DNA of 64,000 nt from an uncultured Clostridia bacterium (GCA_944387385.1 CALXES010000001.1:86641-150640); one strand, 5' to 3'. Shown: positions 29,188 to 39,696, numbered from the stretch's first letter. The notes: generated from the letters alone by a model not told the origin. Made by a program: numbers and translations.

Positions 29188-30302
29188 TGGATTTTGATAG
29201 CGTTAAGGAGACTTTAGCTATTTTAAAAGAAAAACTTGATACGCTAAAAGATGCAATAAAAGTATCTGAAAAGCAGGAGAAAATTAAAAGCTTAGAAAAA
29301 AAGACTCTTATAGATGGTTTTTGGAATGATAATGAGAAATCATCAAAAATACTTTCGGAAATGAAAAATCTTAAAAATGAAGTACATAAATATGATATTG
29401 CCAAAAAAGAATATGATGATGCAATAACATATTTAGAGCTTGCTGAGGAAGAAAATGATGCAGATTCATTTAAAGAGGCAAAAAATATAGCAATTAAGCT
29501 AGAGAAAGATTTAGAAAAACTTGAAGTAAGTGCTTTACTATCTGAAGAATATGATGCAAGTAATGCTATCGTTACTATACACCCTGGAGCTGGAGGCACT
29601 GAATCTCAAGACTGGGCAATGATGCTTTATAGGATGTATACTAGGTGGAGTCAAAGAAATGAATTTGAAATTGAAGTATTAGATTATCAAGATGGAGAAG
29701 AAGCTGGAGTAAAATCAGTATCATTTCTTGTTAAAGGAGAAAATGCATATGGATACTTAAAAGGAGAATCAGGAGTTCATAGACTTGTACGTATATCTCC
29801 TTTTGATGCAAATAGTAGACGTCATACTTCGTTTGCTGCTGTTGAAGTACTTCCTGAAATTTCAGATGAGATTGTTGTAGATATTAAACCAGAAGATATT
29901 GAGATGGATGTATTTAGAGCAAGTGGTGCTGGTGGACAGCACGTAAATAAGACATCATCTGCTGTAAGGCTTAGACATTTACCAACAGGAATTGTAGTAA
30001 GTTGTCAGACAGAAAGATCTCAAATGCAAAATAGAGAGTATGCTATGAAAATGCTTAAAGCAAAGATATATAAACTTGAAAAAGAAAACTATGAGAAAAA
30101 AATAAATAATATAAAAGGGGAAACTTCAGATAATGCATGGGGAAGTCAAATAAGATCATATGTATTTTGTCCATATACTTTAGTAAAAGATCATAGAACA
30201 GGATATGAAACTGGAAATGTTCAAGCTGTTATGGATGGCAAAATAGATGACTTTATATATGAATACTTGAAAAGTTATGTTAAAAATGATATAATCAAGT
30301 AG
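29187..30302 (+). CDS. prfB: Peptide chain release factor 2 (single continuous frame)
   Basis: SPF tripeptide and GGQHVNKT. The start ATG overlaps the rluA-like stop (TAATG). The N-terminus is contiguous, with no internal UGA frameshift site. Confidence 0.93.
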   Translation: MDFDSVKETLAILKEKLDTLKDAIKVSEKQEKIKSLEKKTLIDGFWNDNEKSSKILSEMKNLKNEVHKYDIAKKEYDDAITYLELAEEENDADSFKEAKNIAIKLEKDLEKLEVSALLSEEYDASNAIVTIHPGAGGTESQDWAMMLYRMYTRWSQRNEFEIEVLDYQDGEEAGVKSVSFLVKGENAYGYLKGESGVHRLVRISPFDANSRRHTSFAAVEVLPEISDEIVVDIKPEDIEMDVFRASGAGGQHVNKTSSAVRLRHLPTGIVVSCQTERSQMQNREYAMKMLKAKIYKLEKENYEKKINNIKGETSDNAWGSQIRSYVFCPYTLVKDHRTGYETGNVQAVMDGKIDDFIYEYLKSYVKNDIIK

Positions 30303-30329
30303 TATTATTTAAAGGAAAGAGGTGGTCTA

Positions 30330-31049
30330 ATGGCAAACTCAAATATATCATCTAATTATGATGAAATTAAAAAGAAGTATAAGGAGTCAAAGTTATTAAT
30401 TGTTGACTTAGATGGAACTCTTATTGACTTTGAAAAAATTGACAATATAATTATCGCAGAACTTTTTCCAGACAGTAGAGTCATAAATACAATAGATAAT
30501 ATTTTATGGAAAGTAAATAGACTTGATGTCTTTGAAAATGGTTATGCAGGTTTAAAACTAAGACTTGCTGTATATTCATTATTTAGTAAATATAGCTTAA
30601 GAGAGTGTAAAGCACATTATTCTAGAATCTATTCAAATTTAGCACGTATTGAACTATATAGTGTATATAATACTACATTAAAATATATTATTGAAAATAA
30701 TTATGATATTGTAATAGCTACTAAGAATGTCTATGCAAAAAATATTTTAGAAAATAATATATTTAAGATAGATTCTAAAACAAGAGAAAAAATAAAATTA
30801 ATTGTACTAAAGAAGAATAAGAAAAATCAGTTTAAAGACTTAGTTGAAAAGTATAATGGTAAGGTATGTGTTATAGGAAATAATTTATCGGATGATATAT
30901 TAAATTCTTATAGAATAAAATCACCTTATATTTATATAGGAAATAGTAAAATAGTAAATATTGTAATAAAATTTACTAATAAGATTTTGGGAAAGAAAGG
31001 AATGCAGTTTAAAAGTATTAAAAGTATAAAGAAGATATTTACAGAATAA
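30330..31049 (+). CDS. HAD-superfamily hydrolase
   Basis: Motif I VDLDGTLIDF and a C-terminal GNNLSDD (motif IV-like). Confidence 0.7.
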   Translation: MANSNISSNYDEIKKKYKESKLLIVDLDGTLIDFEKIDNIIIAELFPDSRVINTIDNILWKVNRLDVFENGYAGLKLRLAVYSLFSKYSLRECKAHYSRIYSNLARIELYSVYNTTLKYIIENNYDIVIATKNVYAKNILENNIFKIDSKTREKIKLIVLKKNKKNQFKDLVEKYNGKVCVIGNNLSDDILNSYRIKSPYIYIGNSKIVNIVIKFTNKILGKKGMQFKSIKSIKKIFTE

Positions 31050-31055
31050 AATAAT

Positions 31056-31080
31056 TACCAGGATTAATATCCTGGTTTTA
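31056..31080. terminator. Bidirectional terminator between convergent genes
   Basis: Stem TACCAGGA / TCCTGGT with loop TTAATA and A/T runs on both sides. Confidence 0.7.
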
Positions 31081-32007
31081 TTGATTTATTAAGCTTTTCA
31101 TATCCTCAGGAAGAGGTGCTTCTATTTTAAGTGGTTTGTTAGTTATTGGATGATTCATAGATACTTTTCTTGCATGAAGTGCTTGCCTTAAAATAAGCGA
31201 ATCAATGTTAGCTATATTATAATATTTAGCATATAAAGTATCTCCTAAAAGTATATGTCCAATATCTATCATGTGAACTCTAATTTGATGAGTTCTACCA
31301 GTATGTAGTATTATATTTACTACAGTGTAGTTAAGATTATTATTTCTTTTTAATACTTCTACTTCTGTTTTTGCATAATCACCATTTCCAGTTGGTACAG
31401 TTTCTCTTAAAAGTATTGTATTATTCATTCTTGCAATATCTTTTTCTATTATTATATGATCTTCTTTTATTATTCCATTAACTATTGCTGTATACTCTTT
31501 TTTTAAGTTTATTTTATTCTTCTTTTTTACAAATAGTTCTTGTATATATTCGTTTTTTGCAAAGATGCATATTCCAGTAGTGTTTTTATCTAGTCTTGTA
31601 ACTATATGTATATTATATATGCCTTGTTTTTTTAAATGATTTGCTACAATATTTGAAAGTGTGTTTGTATAGTTATCTGAGCTAGGGTGCGTTGGCATAT
31701 TTGATGGCTTATTTACAATTAATAGATATTCATCTTCATATAGTATATCTAAAGGTTTATTTACTAGTTCAAATTTATCTTCAAATTTCAAGCTGTTTTT
31801 TATTTTTAAGTATTTTTCTAAATCTATACAAATCTTGTCATTAGTTTTAATAATATAGTTTGTATATTCTTCTTTTGAATTTACATATATACAATTTGAA
31901 TATTTTAATTTTTTTAGTAGTTCACTGGAGATGTATAATCTTTTTTTTAATATGTCTTTTAATTTTTTATCTCTATCATTTTCAAGTGCTGTATATTCTA
32001 TTTTCAT
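31078..32007 (-). CDS. RluD/RluA-family pseudouridine synthase with an N-terminal S4-like domain
   Basis: Track ORF trimmed to MKIEY after a GGGAG RBS. TRLDKNTTG catalytic motif and HTGRTHQIRVH. Confidence 0.88.
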   Translation of the reverse strand: MKIEYTALENDRDKKLKDILKKRLYISSELLKKLKYSNCIYVNSKEEYTNYIIKTNDKICIDLEKYLKIKNSLKFEDKFELVNKPLDILYEDEYLLIVNKPSNMPTHPSSDNYTNTLSNIVANHLKKQGIYNIHIVTRLDKNTTGICIFAKNEYIQELFVKKKNKINLKKEYTAIVNGIIKEDHIIIEKDIARMNNTILLRETVPTGNGDYAKTEVEVLKRNNNLNYTVVNIILHTGRTHQIRVHMIDIGHILLGDTLYAKYYNIANIDSLILRQALHARKVSMNHPITNKPLKIEAPLPEDMKSLINQ

Positions 32008-32130
32008 TGTTTTTTCTCCCAAAGATATTATACTATAATTCTATTTTAATTTAAATAGTATCAAAAAAAATAAATTATAGTTGTTTGAATTTAAATTATA
32101 TGATATATTTTAGAAAAAAAGGAGGGATTT

Positions 32131-32631
32131 ATGAATAATTATATTTGTAAGATTGCATCTTTTGAAGAAATGAATACTAAATGGGACTATGAGATAGAAC
32201 ATGCAAGTAAGAAAGAAAATTGGATTATATGGAAGATGGAAAATATAAAAAACATGGTTGAAAATAAAATAATACCGTATTATGGTATATTAGATGGTAA
32301 AATAATTTGTGAGGCTACAGCAAATATAAATAAAGATATTGTTCAAAATAGTGATGGAATTATAGATAAGAATACTGCATATTTATCTGCTTTTAGAACT
32401 AATACTGATTATCAATCAAAGGGGTATTTTTCAAGACTTTTTAAATTTATGATACAAGATTTAAAGCAAAAAGGATATAAAAGTGTTACACTTGGTGTAG
32501 AACCTAGTGAGACTAAGAATATGCAAATTTATTTTAAATACGGCTTTACTAATTTTATAAAATCAGATTATGAAGTATATCCAGATGGTACAAAAGTTTT
32601 AGTATTGTACTACTTAAAAAATCTAGATTAA
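32131..32631 (+). CDS. GNAT-family N-acetyltransferase
   Basis: 166 aa. Acetyl-CoA-binding-like QSKGYFSRLF...GYKSVTLGVE. GGAGGG RBS. Confidence 0.75.
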   Translation: MNNYICKIASFEEMNTKWDYEIEHASKKENWIIWKMENIKNMVENKIIPYYGILDGKIICEATANINKDIVQNSDGIIDKNTAYLSAFRTNTDYQSKGYFSRLFKFMIQDLKQKGYKSVTLGVEPSETKNMQIYFKYGFTNFIKSDYEVYPDGTKVLVLYYLKNLD

Positions 32632-32651
32632 TTTTTTTCTGGAGAGAATAT

Positions 32652-33700
32652 ATGAAACTAAGAGAACATTATATTGATGTAGCAAAGGGAGTAGCTATGC
32701 TTCTTGTTATTATTGGACATATTACAATTATTCCATCATGGTTATATGCTTGGATTAATTCATTTCATATGCCTTTATTTTTCTTTTTATCTGGAATGGT
32801 ATATAATCCATATAAATATGATAAATTTAAAGATTTTTTTAAAATCAAAATTTAAAGGACTTATTATTCCATATTTTTTCTTGTGTCTAATAATTATATT
32901 TTGGGCAAGAATTATGTGTAATCCTGATGGCTTTTTATAAATTACAGACTTTAGAGCAATTTATAGGTATATTTGTGTCATATAGAAAAAGTAACTTTTA
33001 TGCTTCTTTGTGGTTTTTTGTTGCATTGTTTTTTGGTGAATTATTAATGTATCCTATAGTTAAAATAATTGGTAAAAAGTTTGAAAGCGAAAATAAAAAT
33101 AAAGTAGCTTTGACCATATTTGGTATATTTTTATCTGTTTTAGGTTTTATTGTTTTATATTATATAAGAAATGGATTTTTTTGGAGTTTAGATCTGGTTC
33201 CACTTGCAACAAGTTTTTTAATGTTTGGTTATGTAGCAAAACTAAATAAAGAAAAATTTAATAATATTACAAAATTACCAATTAGTATATTATATCTATT
33301 AATTAGTATTGTATTTACATATCTTAATTTTAGAATTTATGGTTCATCTAGTATGTATAATTCTGTAGTTGGGAATTTTATATATTATATGCCTGCTGCA
33401 CTTGGTGGGATTTTGCTTGTAATAACTATTTGTAAAAAGATAAATAGTAATAGACTACTTGAATATATAGGAAGGAACACAATAACGTATTATGCGTTTC
33501 AAAAACCAATTATATTAAAATCAATAACTACAGTTATAAATACACTTGGCAGTAATATTACATTATTTAATAATCAAATTATAAAAATTATATTAATAAC
33601 TATAATTGCTGTTTGTGTTTTAGGAATAATAAGTCAGATGATAACAAGTACATATCCTTTTATTTTGGGTAAATTTAAGCCAAAAGAAAAGATTTCATAG
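32652..33700 (+). pseudogene. Acyltransferase-3 family membrane O-acyltransferase, split by two +1 frameshifts
   Basis: Three consecutive track ORFs (32652-32855, 32704-32940, 32927-33700) together read as one acyltransferase_3 protein (DVAKGVAMLLVIIGH, HMPLFFFLSG, LIIPYFF). The frame changes coincide with a T7 run (~32834-32840) and a T5 run (~32930-32934). Confidence 0.8.
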
Positions 33701-33705
33701 GAGTT

Positions 33706-33739
33706 AATAGGAGTAACAATTGCTCCTATTGTTATTTTT
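33706..33739 (+). terminator. Rho-independent terminator
   Basis: 8-bp stem AATAGGAG / CTCCTATT followed by a T-rich tail. Confidence 0.65.
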
Positions 33740-33741
33740 CC

Positions 33742-33770
33742 TTGAAAACAAATTAGATATGTTGTATAAT
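33742..33770 (+). promoter_or_regulatory. Sigma-A promoter
   Basis: TTGAAA, 17 nt, TATAAT. Confidence 0.65.
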
Positions 33771-33796
33771 TGTGTCATATTAGAAAGTGAGAATAT

Positions 33797-34519
33797 ATGA
33801 ATAACGAGCGTATAGATGACTTGAATTTGAACGGAAAAAAGATTATACAAAATACAGATTATTTTTGTTTTGGAATAGATAGTGTTTTGCTTGCAAATTT
33901 TGTTAGCTCAAATAGCTCAAAAAATGTAGTTGTAGATTTGTGCTCTGGAACAGGAGTTATATCAGTTATATTAACTCAAAAGAAAAAATTACATAAAATA
34001 TATGCTGTTGAGTTACAAGATGAAATGTATAATCTTTTAAAAAGAAATATAAAATTGAATAATTTAGAAGATTGTATATATCCTTTTAAAGCAAATATAA
34101 AGGATTATTATTTAGATAAAAAGGTAGATATAGTAGTATGTAATCCTCCATATAAAGAAATTGGAACTGGAATTAAAAATGAAAATACTGTAAAATATAT
34201 TGCACGTCATGAAAAAGAATGTACACTTGAAGATGTATTTAAGTGTTCATCTAAAATTTTGAAACAAAAAGGAAAATTATATTTGGTACATAAACCACAA
34301 AGATTGGTAGACTTAATTTCTCTTGCAAGAAAATATAATTTAGAAGCAAAAAACATTAGATTTGTATATCCTAAATTTAATTCATCTGCAAGTATAGTAT
34401 TAGTTGAATATGTTTTTTATGGCGGAAATGAAATTAATGTATTACCACCTCTTATTGAATATGATGAATTTGGTAACTATACAGAAGAAATACTAGATAT
34501 ATATGGGAGTGAAAAATAA
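33797..34519 (+). CDS. tRNA (adenine37-N6)-methyltransferase TrmN6/YfiC-like
   Basis: 240 aa. SAM motif DLCSGTGVI and catalytic NPPY. Confidence 0.8.
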   Translation: MNNERIDDLNLNGKKIIQNTDYFCFGIDSVLLANFVSSNSSKNVVVDLCSGTGVISVILTQKKKLHKIYAVELQDEMYNLLKRNIKLNNLEDCIYPFKANIKDYYLDKKVDIVVCNPPYKEIGTGIKNENTVKYIARHEKECTLEDVFKCSSKILKQKGKLYLVHKPQRLVDLISLARKYNLEAKNIRFVYPKFNSSASIVLVEYVFYGGNEINVLPPLIEYDEFGNYTEEILDIYGSEK

Positions 34520-35373
34520 TGGAAGTTAGAGAAAAAGGTACATTATATTTAGTTGGTACACCTATTGGTAATCTTAAAGATATTACCTTAAGGGCAATTG
34601 AAACTTTGCAAAATGTAGATTTAATACTTGCAGAAGATACAAGACAAACATTAAAGCTTTTAAATCATTTGAATATATCAAAGCAGATGATTAGCTATCA
34701 TAGACACAATGAGGATGCGAAAGTTCAAATGGTTGTATCTTTGCTTGATGAAGGAAAAAATATAGCACTTGTATCTGATGCTGGAATGCCAATTATTTCC
34801 GATCCTGGTCAAGGTCTTGTTAGATATTTAGTTGAAAATGATTATAAAATAGAAGTTATACCAGGAGTTACTGCTTTAATTACTGCTATTGTTAAATCTG
34901 GAATGGATTCAACAAGATTTACTTTTGAAGGTTTTTTATCTGTTGCAAAAAAACAGAGAATAAAAAGATTAAATGAGCTTAAAGAAGAAATAAGAACAAT
35001 GATTTTTTACGAAGCACCACATAAAATATTATATACATTAAAAGATATGTATGAAGTATTTGGAGAAAGAAATATTTGTATATGTAGAGAACTTACCAAA
35101 ATTCATGAAGAATATTTTCATACAACATTTAAAGAGGCAATAAAAAATATAGAAGAAAATGGAATAAAAGGTGAGATTGTATTAATAATTGAAGGAATAA
35201 ATGAGTTAGAGCTTGAGGCAAAGAAAAAGGAAGAATTAGAAAAAATTGATCCAGTAGAATTCGTTAAAATTTATATAAATTCAGGACTAGATAAAAAAGA
35301 AGCAATAAAAAAGGTTGCAAAAGAATTAGGCGTAAATAAAAATGAAGTATATAAGAAATGTATAAAATTATAG
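34519..35373 (+). CDS. rsmI: 16S rRNA (cytidine1402-2'-O)-methyltransferase RsmI
   Basis: LYLVGTPIGNLKDITLRA, EDTR and the tetrapyrrole-methylase fold pattern. Confidence 0.92.
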   Translation: MEVREKGTLYLVGTPIGNLKDITLRAIETLQNVDLILAEDTRQTLKLLNHLNISKQMISYHRHNEDAKVQMVVSLLDEGKNIALVSDAGMPIISDPGQGLVRYLVENDYKIEVIPGVTALITAIVKSGMDSTRFTFEGFLSVAKKQRIKRLNELKEEIRTMIFYEAPHKILYTLKDMYEVFGERNICICRELTKIHEEYFHTTFKEAIKNIEENGIKGEIVLIIEGINELELEAKKKEELEKIDPVEFVKIYINSGLDKKEAIKKVAKELGVNKNEVYKKCIKL

Positions 35374-35387
35374 CTTGAGGGGGAAAT

Positions 35388-36023
35388 ATGAAAGAGAAAG
35401 AAGAAGAAAGATTAAAACATATGCTAGAGATAGAAGATAGCTTATATCAAAGAGGATATAAGCTTGTTTGCGGTGTAGATGAGGCAGGAAGAGGACCTCT
35501 TTGTGGACCGGTTGTTGCAGCAGCAGTTATACTAAATAAAGATGAAATGATAGAAGGAGTAAATGATTCTAAGAAACTATCTGAGAAAAAAAGAGAGAAC
35601 TTGTATGATATCATAAGTAAAAAGGCACTCGCTGTTGGTGTTGGAATAAGTGACGTAGATATTATAGAAGATATAAATATATTAAATGCAACAAAGCTTG
35701 CAATGAAGCAAGCGATTAATAATTTAAAGATAAATCCAGATTTTGTGTTAATAGATGGAAATCAAATGATTGATATAGACATTGATGCACAAACCGTAGT
35801 ATCGGGGGATGCAAAATCAGAATCTATTGCTGCTGCATCTATTATAGCAAAAGTTACAAGAGATAGACTTCTTAAAGATTATGATAAGAAATATCCAGAG
35901 TATGGATTTGCAAAACATAAAGGGTATGGAACAAAAGCTCATATTGAAGCAATAAAAAAATATGGACTTACACCAATTCATAGAAAAAGCTTTTGTTCAA
36001 AATTTATAAAGGAGGATAAATAA
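35388..36023 (+). CDS. rnhB: Ribonuclease HII
   Basis: GVDEAGRGPLCGPVVAAAV and GDAKS motifs. Confidence 0.93.
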   Translation: MKEKEEERLKHMLEIEDSLYQRGYKLVCGVDEAGRGPLCGPVVAAAVILNKDEMIEGVNDSKKLSEKKRENLYDIISKKALAVGVGISDVDIIEDINILNATKLAMKQAINNLKINPDFVLIDGNQMIDIDIDAQTVVSGDAKSESIAAASIIAKVTRDRLLKDYDKKYPEYGFAKHKGYGTKAHIEAIKKYGLTPIHRKSFCSKFIKEDK

Positions 36024-36024
36024 A

Positions 36025-36780
36025 ATGAAACTTATATCATGGAATGTAAATGGAATTAGAGCATGTATTACAAAGGGATTTAATGACTTTTTTAAAGAAA
36101 TTGATGCTGATGTATTTTGTATTCAAGAGACAAAACTTCAAGAAGAACAGGCAGATACAATACAGTTTGAAGGATACTATAGATATATGAATAGTGCTAA
36201 AAAGAAAGGTTATTCAGGAACTATGGTGTTTACAAAACAAAAACCAATAAGTGTGACATATGGACTTGGTATAGAAGAGCATGATAATGAAGGAAGAATA
36301 ATTACTCTTGAATATAATGATTTTTATCTTGTATGTTGTTATACACCAAATTCTAAAAGAGAATTAGAAAGACTAAGTTATAGAATGATTTGGGAAGATG
36401 AAATTTTAAAATACTTTAAAAAATTAGAAAAAAATAAACCTATTGTTTATTGTGGCGACTTAAATGTTGCACACGAGGAAATTGATCTTAAAAATCCTAA
36501 GACTAATCATTTTAATGCTGGATTTACAGATGAGGAAAGAGAAAAGATGACTAAGCTATTATCATCAGGCTTTATAGATACATATAGATATTTATATCCA
36601 GAAAAGATTGAATATTCTTGGTGGTCATATATGCGTCAAGCAAGAGAAAAAAATATAGGGTGGAGAATAGATTATTTTATTGTATCAGAAAAAATTAAAG
36701 ATAAGATTAAAGATGCAAAGATACATACAGAAGTTTATGGAAGTGATCATTGTCCTATTGAATTAGATTTAGACTTTTAA
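36025..36780 (+). CDS. xth: Exodeoxyribonuclease III
   Basis: SWNVNGIRA, QETK and SDHCPI motifs. Confidence 0.93.
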   Translation: MKLISWNVNGIRACITKGFNDFFKEIDADVFCIQETKLQEEQADTIQFEGYYRYMNSAKKKGYSGTMVFTKQKPISVTYGLGIEEHDNEGRIITLEYNDFYLVCCYTPNSKRELERLSYRMIWEDEILKYFKKLEKNKPIVYCGDLNVAHEEIDLKNPKTNHFNAGFTDEEREKMTKLLSSGFIDTYRYLYPEKIEYSWWSYMRQAREKNIGWRIDYFIVSEKIKDKIKDAKIHTEVYGSDHCPIELDLDF

Positions 36781-36848
36781 TTTTTTGTTTATTCTATTGA
36801 ATTTTAGGCTTTAATATAGTAGAATAAAAAAGAGATGAGGGGATATAT

Positions 36849-38303
36849 ATGGGATTTTTAGATAGGTTTTCAGGTATTAAAGATAGAATTGGATTTAATA
36901 AAGATTTTGATATAAATGAAAGTCTTGCTGCATATTATGGAGATAAAAATATTAAAGAGTCTTATCTTGAAATAACTAAAATTACTAAAAAGAAATTTAA
37001 AGAAACATATGATATTAGTGATGAGCTTTTAGAAAAATATGCAAAAATAAACAATGATGATATTCAAAATGCTCTTATGAAAAAATATTTAAAATTATCT
37101 ATGGATGACTTAAATAAAGAAGCAATTGAAAAAGAGCAACTTCAAAAGAATATGATTGAAGAAGAAGTTGACTCTTCTTTAGAAGGTGTAGATAAAAATA
37201 CTAAAGATCAAGTAAAGAAAGATTTAGAACAAGAGCAAAAAGAAAAAGGTAATGATGAAATAAATCTTAATGATAAGAAAAAAGAGTTCCAAGCAAAGAT
37301 TTATCAAGCGGCATATAAAAGAATGTATTCAGATTATTCTTCAAAGGTAATGAGAATAAAAGATGCTCAATATGAAAGTATGGCTGTAGCTATTGGAACT
37401 AAAGAGGCAGTAGAGATAATTGCAATGGAAAAAAATCTTGAAAAAATAGATTTGCTTTATCATAATCATACTGGTAAAGATATTTCAAATTTAGACAGTA
37501 TTAAAGAACAAAAGCAAGAGTTTAAAGCCAAGTTTGATTATAACCAAAAAGGAATAGAACAGAATACAGATGAAAGAACTTTAAGAATTAATCAATTATA
37601 TGCTTTAAGAGAGGAAAGATATAGAAAGTATATTAAAGCTTTAAAAGATTCTACTAAATCACCACAAGAAAAAGCCATGTTTAAGATGGATTATGAAGAA
37701 GCAAATTTAGATTTAATACAGAGTATTCCTTCACTTAGTGAATATAGTAAAGATTTACAAATTCAAGGAAAAAACGAAAAGCTTGTTAAAGATGCTAATC
37801 TTGAAAAGAGTTCTGCTGTAAATAATCGTTTTGATAATAAAGATGGAAAGGTTGAAAAAGTAACAGAATCAAAAATGGCAGACAACATCTATGATGTAGA
37901 ACAAGAGCAAAAAGAAAGAGATGCAAGAACTTTTGAAGAATCACAAATACATCAAAGAGACTCTTTAAAAAAAGGAGATTATAGAGCTGCAAAGGAGATT
38001 GGAGATGCTCAAAGAGATAAAAGAATATATGATGAAAATATTGAGCAAATGCCAGAACAGGCAAGTGTTACAGAAACTAAAAGAGAAGTAAGAGAAGAAG
38101 AGCAAAAGAGTGATGCTAACTTTTTTGCAAGTCTTAGGCAAGTAAATAACATAGAAGATAAATCACCTGAAGAGTTAGAAAAAATAGTGGAAGATAGAAA
38201 TGAAGATATTGAAGATAAAATAAAAGAAAATGCATACAAAGAGCAAACAGAGCAAGAAACTGAATATCAAAGATATAGAAAAAACAAGAGACCAAATGGG
38301 TAA
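36849..38303 (+). CDS. Hypothetical Glu/Lys-rich (coiled-coil-like) protein
   Basis: 484-aa ORF with a GAGGGG RBS. Highly charged, with no TM segment or known motif. Confidence 0.6.
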   Translation: MGFLDRFSGIKDRIGFNKDFDINESLAAYYGDKNIKESYLEITKITKKKFKETYDISDELLEKYAKINNDDIQNALMKKYLKLSMDDLNKEAIEKEQLQKNMIEEEVDSSLEGVDKNTKDQVKKDLEQEQKEKGNDEINLNDKKKEFQAKIYQAAYKRMYSDYSSKVMRIKDAQYESMAVAIGTKEAVEIIAMEKNLEKIDLLYHNHTGKDISNLDSIKEQKQEFKAKFDYNQKGIEQNTDERTLRINQLYALREERYRKYIKALKDSTKSPQEKAMFKMDYEEANLDLIQSIPSLSEYSKDLQIQGKNEKLVKDANLEKSSAVNNRFDNKDGKVEKVTESKMADNIYDVEQEQKERDARTFEESQIHQRDSLKKGDYRAAKEIGDAQRDKRIYDENIEQMPEQASVTETKREVREEEQKSDANFFASLRQVNNIEDKSPEELEKIVEDRNEDIEDKIKENAYKEQTEQETEYQRYRKNKRPNG

Positions 38304-38323
38304 AGTTTAAAGGAGGTAATTTT

Positions 38324-39268
38324 ATGGGACTTGTAACAACAGAAGAAATGTTTAAAAAAGCTTATGAAGGGGGATATGCAATAGGTGCTTTCAATGTAAA
38401 TAACATGGAAATAGTACAAGGGATTATGGAAGCTGCAAATGAAACTAATTCGCCAGTTATACTTCAAGTATCAGCTGGGGCTAGAAAATATGCAAATCCA
38501 ATATATTTAAAAAAATTAGTAGAAGCTGCTATTGAATGTAATAAGCAATCAGGAAAAGATATACCAGTAGTACTACATCTAGATCATGGTCCAGACTTTG
38601 AAACATGTAAAGATTGTATAGATAGTGGTTTTACATCTGTTATGATTGATGGTTCAAAATATTCTTTTGAGGAAAATGTAGAATTAACAAAGAAAGTAGT
38701 AGATTATGCACATGCAAGAGGAGTTGTTGTTGAAGCAGAGCTTGGAAAACTTGCAGGAGTTGAAGATGATGTAAATGTTTCAGCAGATGATGCTATGTAT
38801 ACTAATCCTGACGAAGCTGTAGAATTTGTAAAAAGAACAGGATGTGATTCTTTAGCAATAGCAATAGGAACAAGTCATGGAGCATATAAATTTAAGGGAG
38901 ATGCAAAATTAAGATTTGATATATTAGAAGAAATAGGTAAAAGATTACCTGGTTTTCCTATTGTACTACATGGGGCATCTTCAGTACCACAAGAATTTGT
39001 TAAAATGTGTAATGAATATGGTGGAAAAATACCAGGTGCAAAAGGTGTTCCAGAAGAAATGCTAAGAAAGGCTGCGACTATGGCTGTATGTAAAATTAAT
39101 ATTGATAGTGATATTAGACTTGCTATGACAGCAAATATTAGAGAATGTTTTACAAATAAACCAGAAGTTTTTGATCCAAGAACATATTTAGGTCAAGCAA
39201 GAACTGCTGTTAAAGATATGGTAAAACATAAAATTGAAGATGTTTTAGGATGTGCAGGAAAAGCATAG
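38324..39268 (+). CDS. fba: Class II fructose-1,6-bisphosphate aldolase
   Basis: LHLDHG, GTSHGAYK and LHGASS motifs. GGAGG RBS. Confidence 0.95.
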   Translation: MGLVTTEEMFKKAYEGGYAIGAFNVNNMEIVQGIMEAANETNSPVILQVSAGARKYANPIYLKKLVEAAIECNKQSGKDIPVVLHLDHGPDFETCKDCIDSGFTSVMIDGSKYSFEENVELTKKVVDYAHARGVVVEAELGKLAGVEDDVNVSADDAMYTNPDEAVEFVKRTGCDSLAIAIGTSHGAYKFKGDAKLRFDILEEIGKRLPGFPIVLHGASSVPQEFVKMCNEYGGKIPGAKGVPEEMLRKAATMAVCKINIDSDIRLAMTANIRECFTNKPEVFDPRTYLGQARTAVKDMVKHKIEDVLGCAGKA

Positions 39269-39278
39269 GGGGTATGTT

Positions 39279-39539
39279 ATGCAATATACATATATTCCTA
39301 AAGGAACTTGTTCAAAGCAGATGATAATTGATATAAATGAAAAAGATAATACTATAAATTCAGTAAAAATTATTGGAGGATGTCCTGGTAACACAGTAGG
39401 TGTTTCAAAGCTTGTAGAAGGAAGAAAAATACAAGATGTAATAAAGATGTTAAAGGGTATTCCTTGTGGCATTAAAAAAACATCCTGTCCAGATCAATTA
39501 TCTAAAGCATTAGAAGAAATAATAAGTAATAATGTATAA
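39279..39539 (+). CDS. TSCPD-domain small protein (TIGR03905-like)
   Basis: Track ORF trimmed to MQYTYIPKGTCS after an AGGGGG RBS. Conserved Cys positions and GGCPGN, with TSCPDQ near the C-terminus. Confidence 0.75.
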   Translation: MQYTYIPKGTCSKQMIIDINEKDNTINSVKIIGGCPGNTVGVSKLVEGRKIQDVIKMLKGIPCGIKKTSCPDQLSKALEEIISNNV

Positions 39540-39540
39540 A

Positions 39541-39569
39541 TAGAATGCAAATATGCATTCTATTTTTTT
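39541..39569 (+). terminator. Rho-independent terminator
   Basis: 9-bp stem TAGAATGCA / TGCATTCTA followed by T7. Confidence 0.85.
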
Positions 39570-39696
39570 GTAATGTAAAAAAATTATAAATAAAATTTTA
39601 AAAATTTATTAGCCATTTTATTTTTTGTTGAAAAAAGTTTTATTATAGGATAATATAAAAATATATGAGAAAAATAAAAATAAAAGAGGTATGATT

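Noticed and set aside
29172-29300. Looked for the programmed +1 frameshift site (SD-like element plus CUU UGA C near codon 25) that many bacterial prfB genes carry.
   Set aside because: The RF2 reading frame is continuous from Met 29187 through the GFWND region and on to SPF and GGQ. There is no in-frame UGA, so this prfB belongs to the frameshift-free minority. The only notable point is the TAATG stop/start overlap with the upstream pseudouridine synthase gene.
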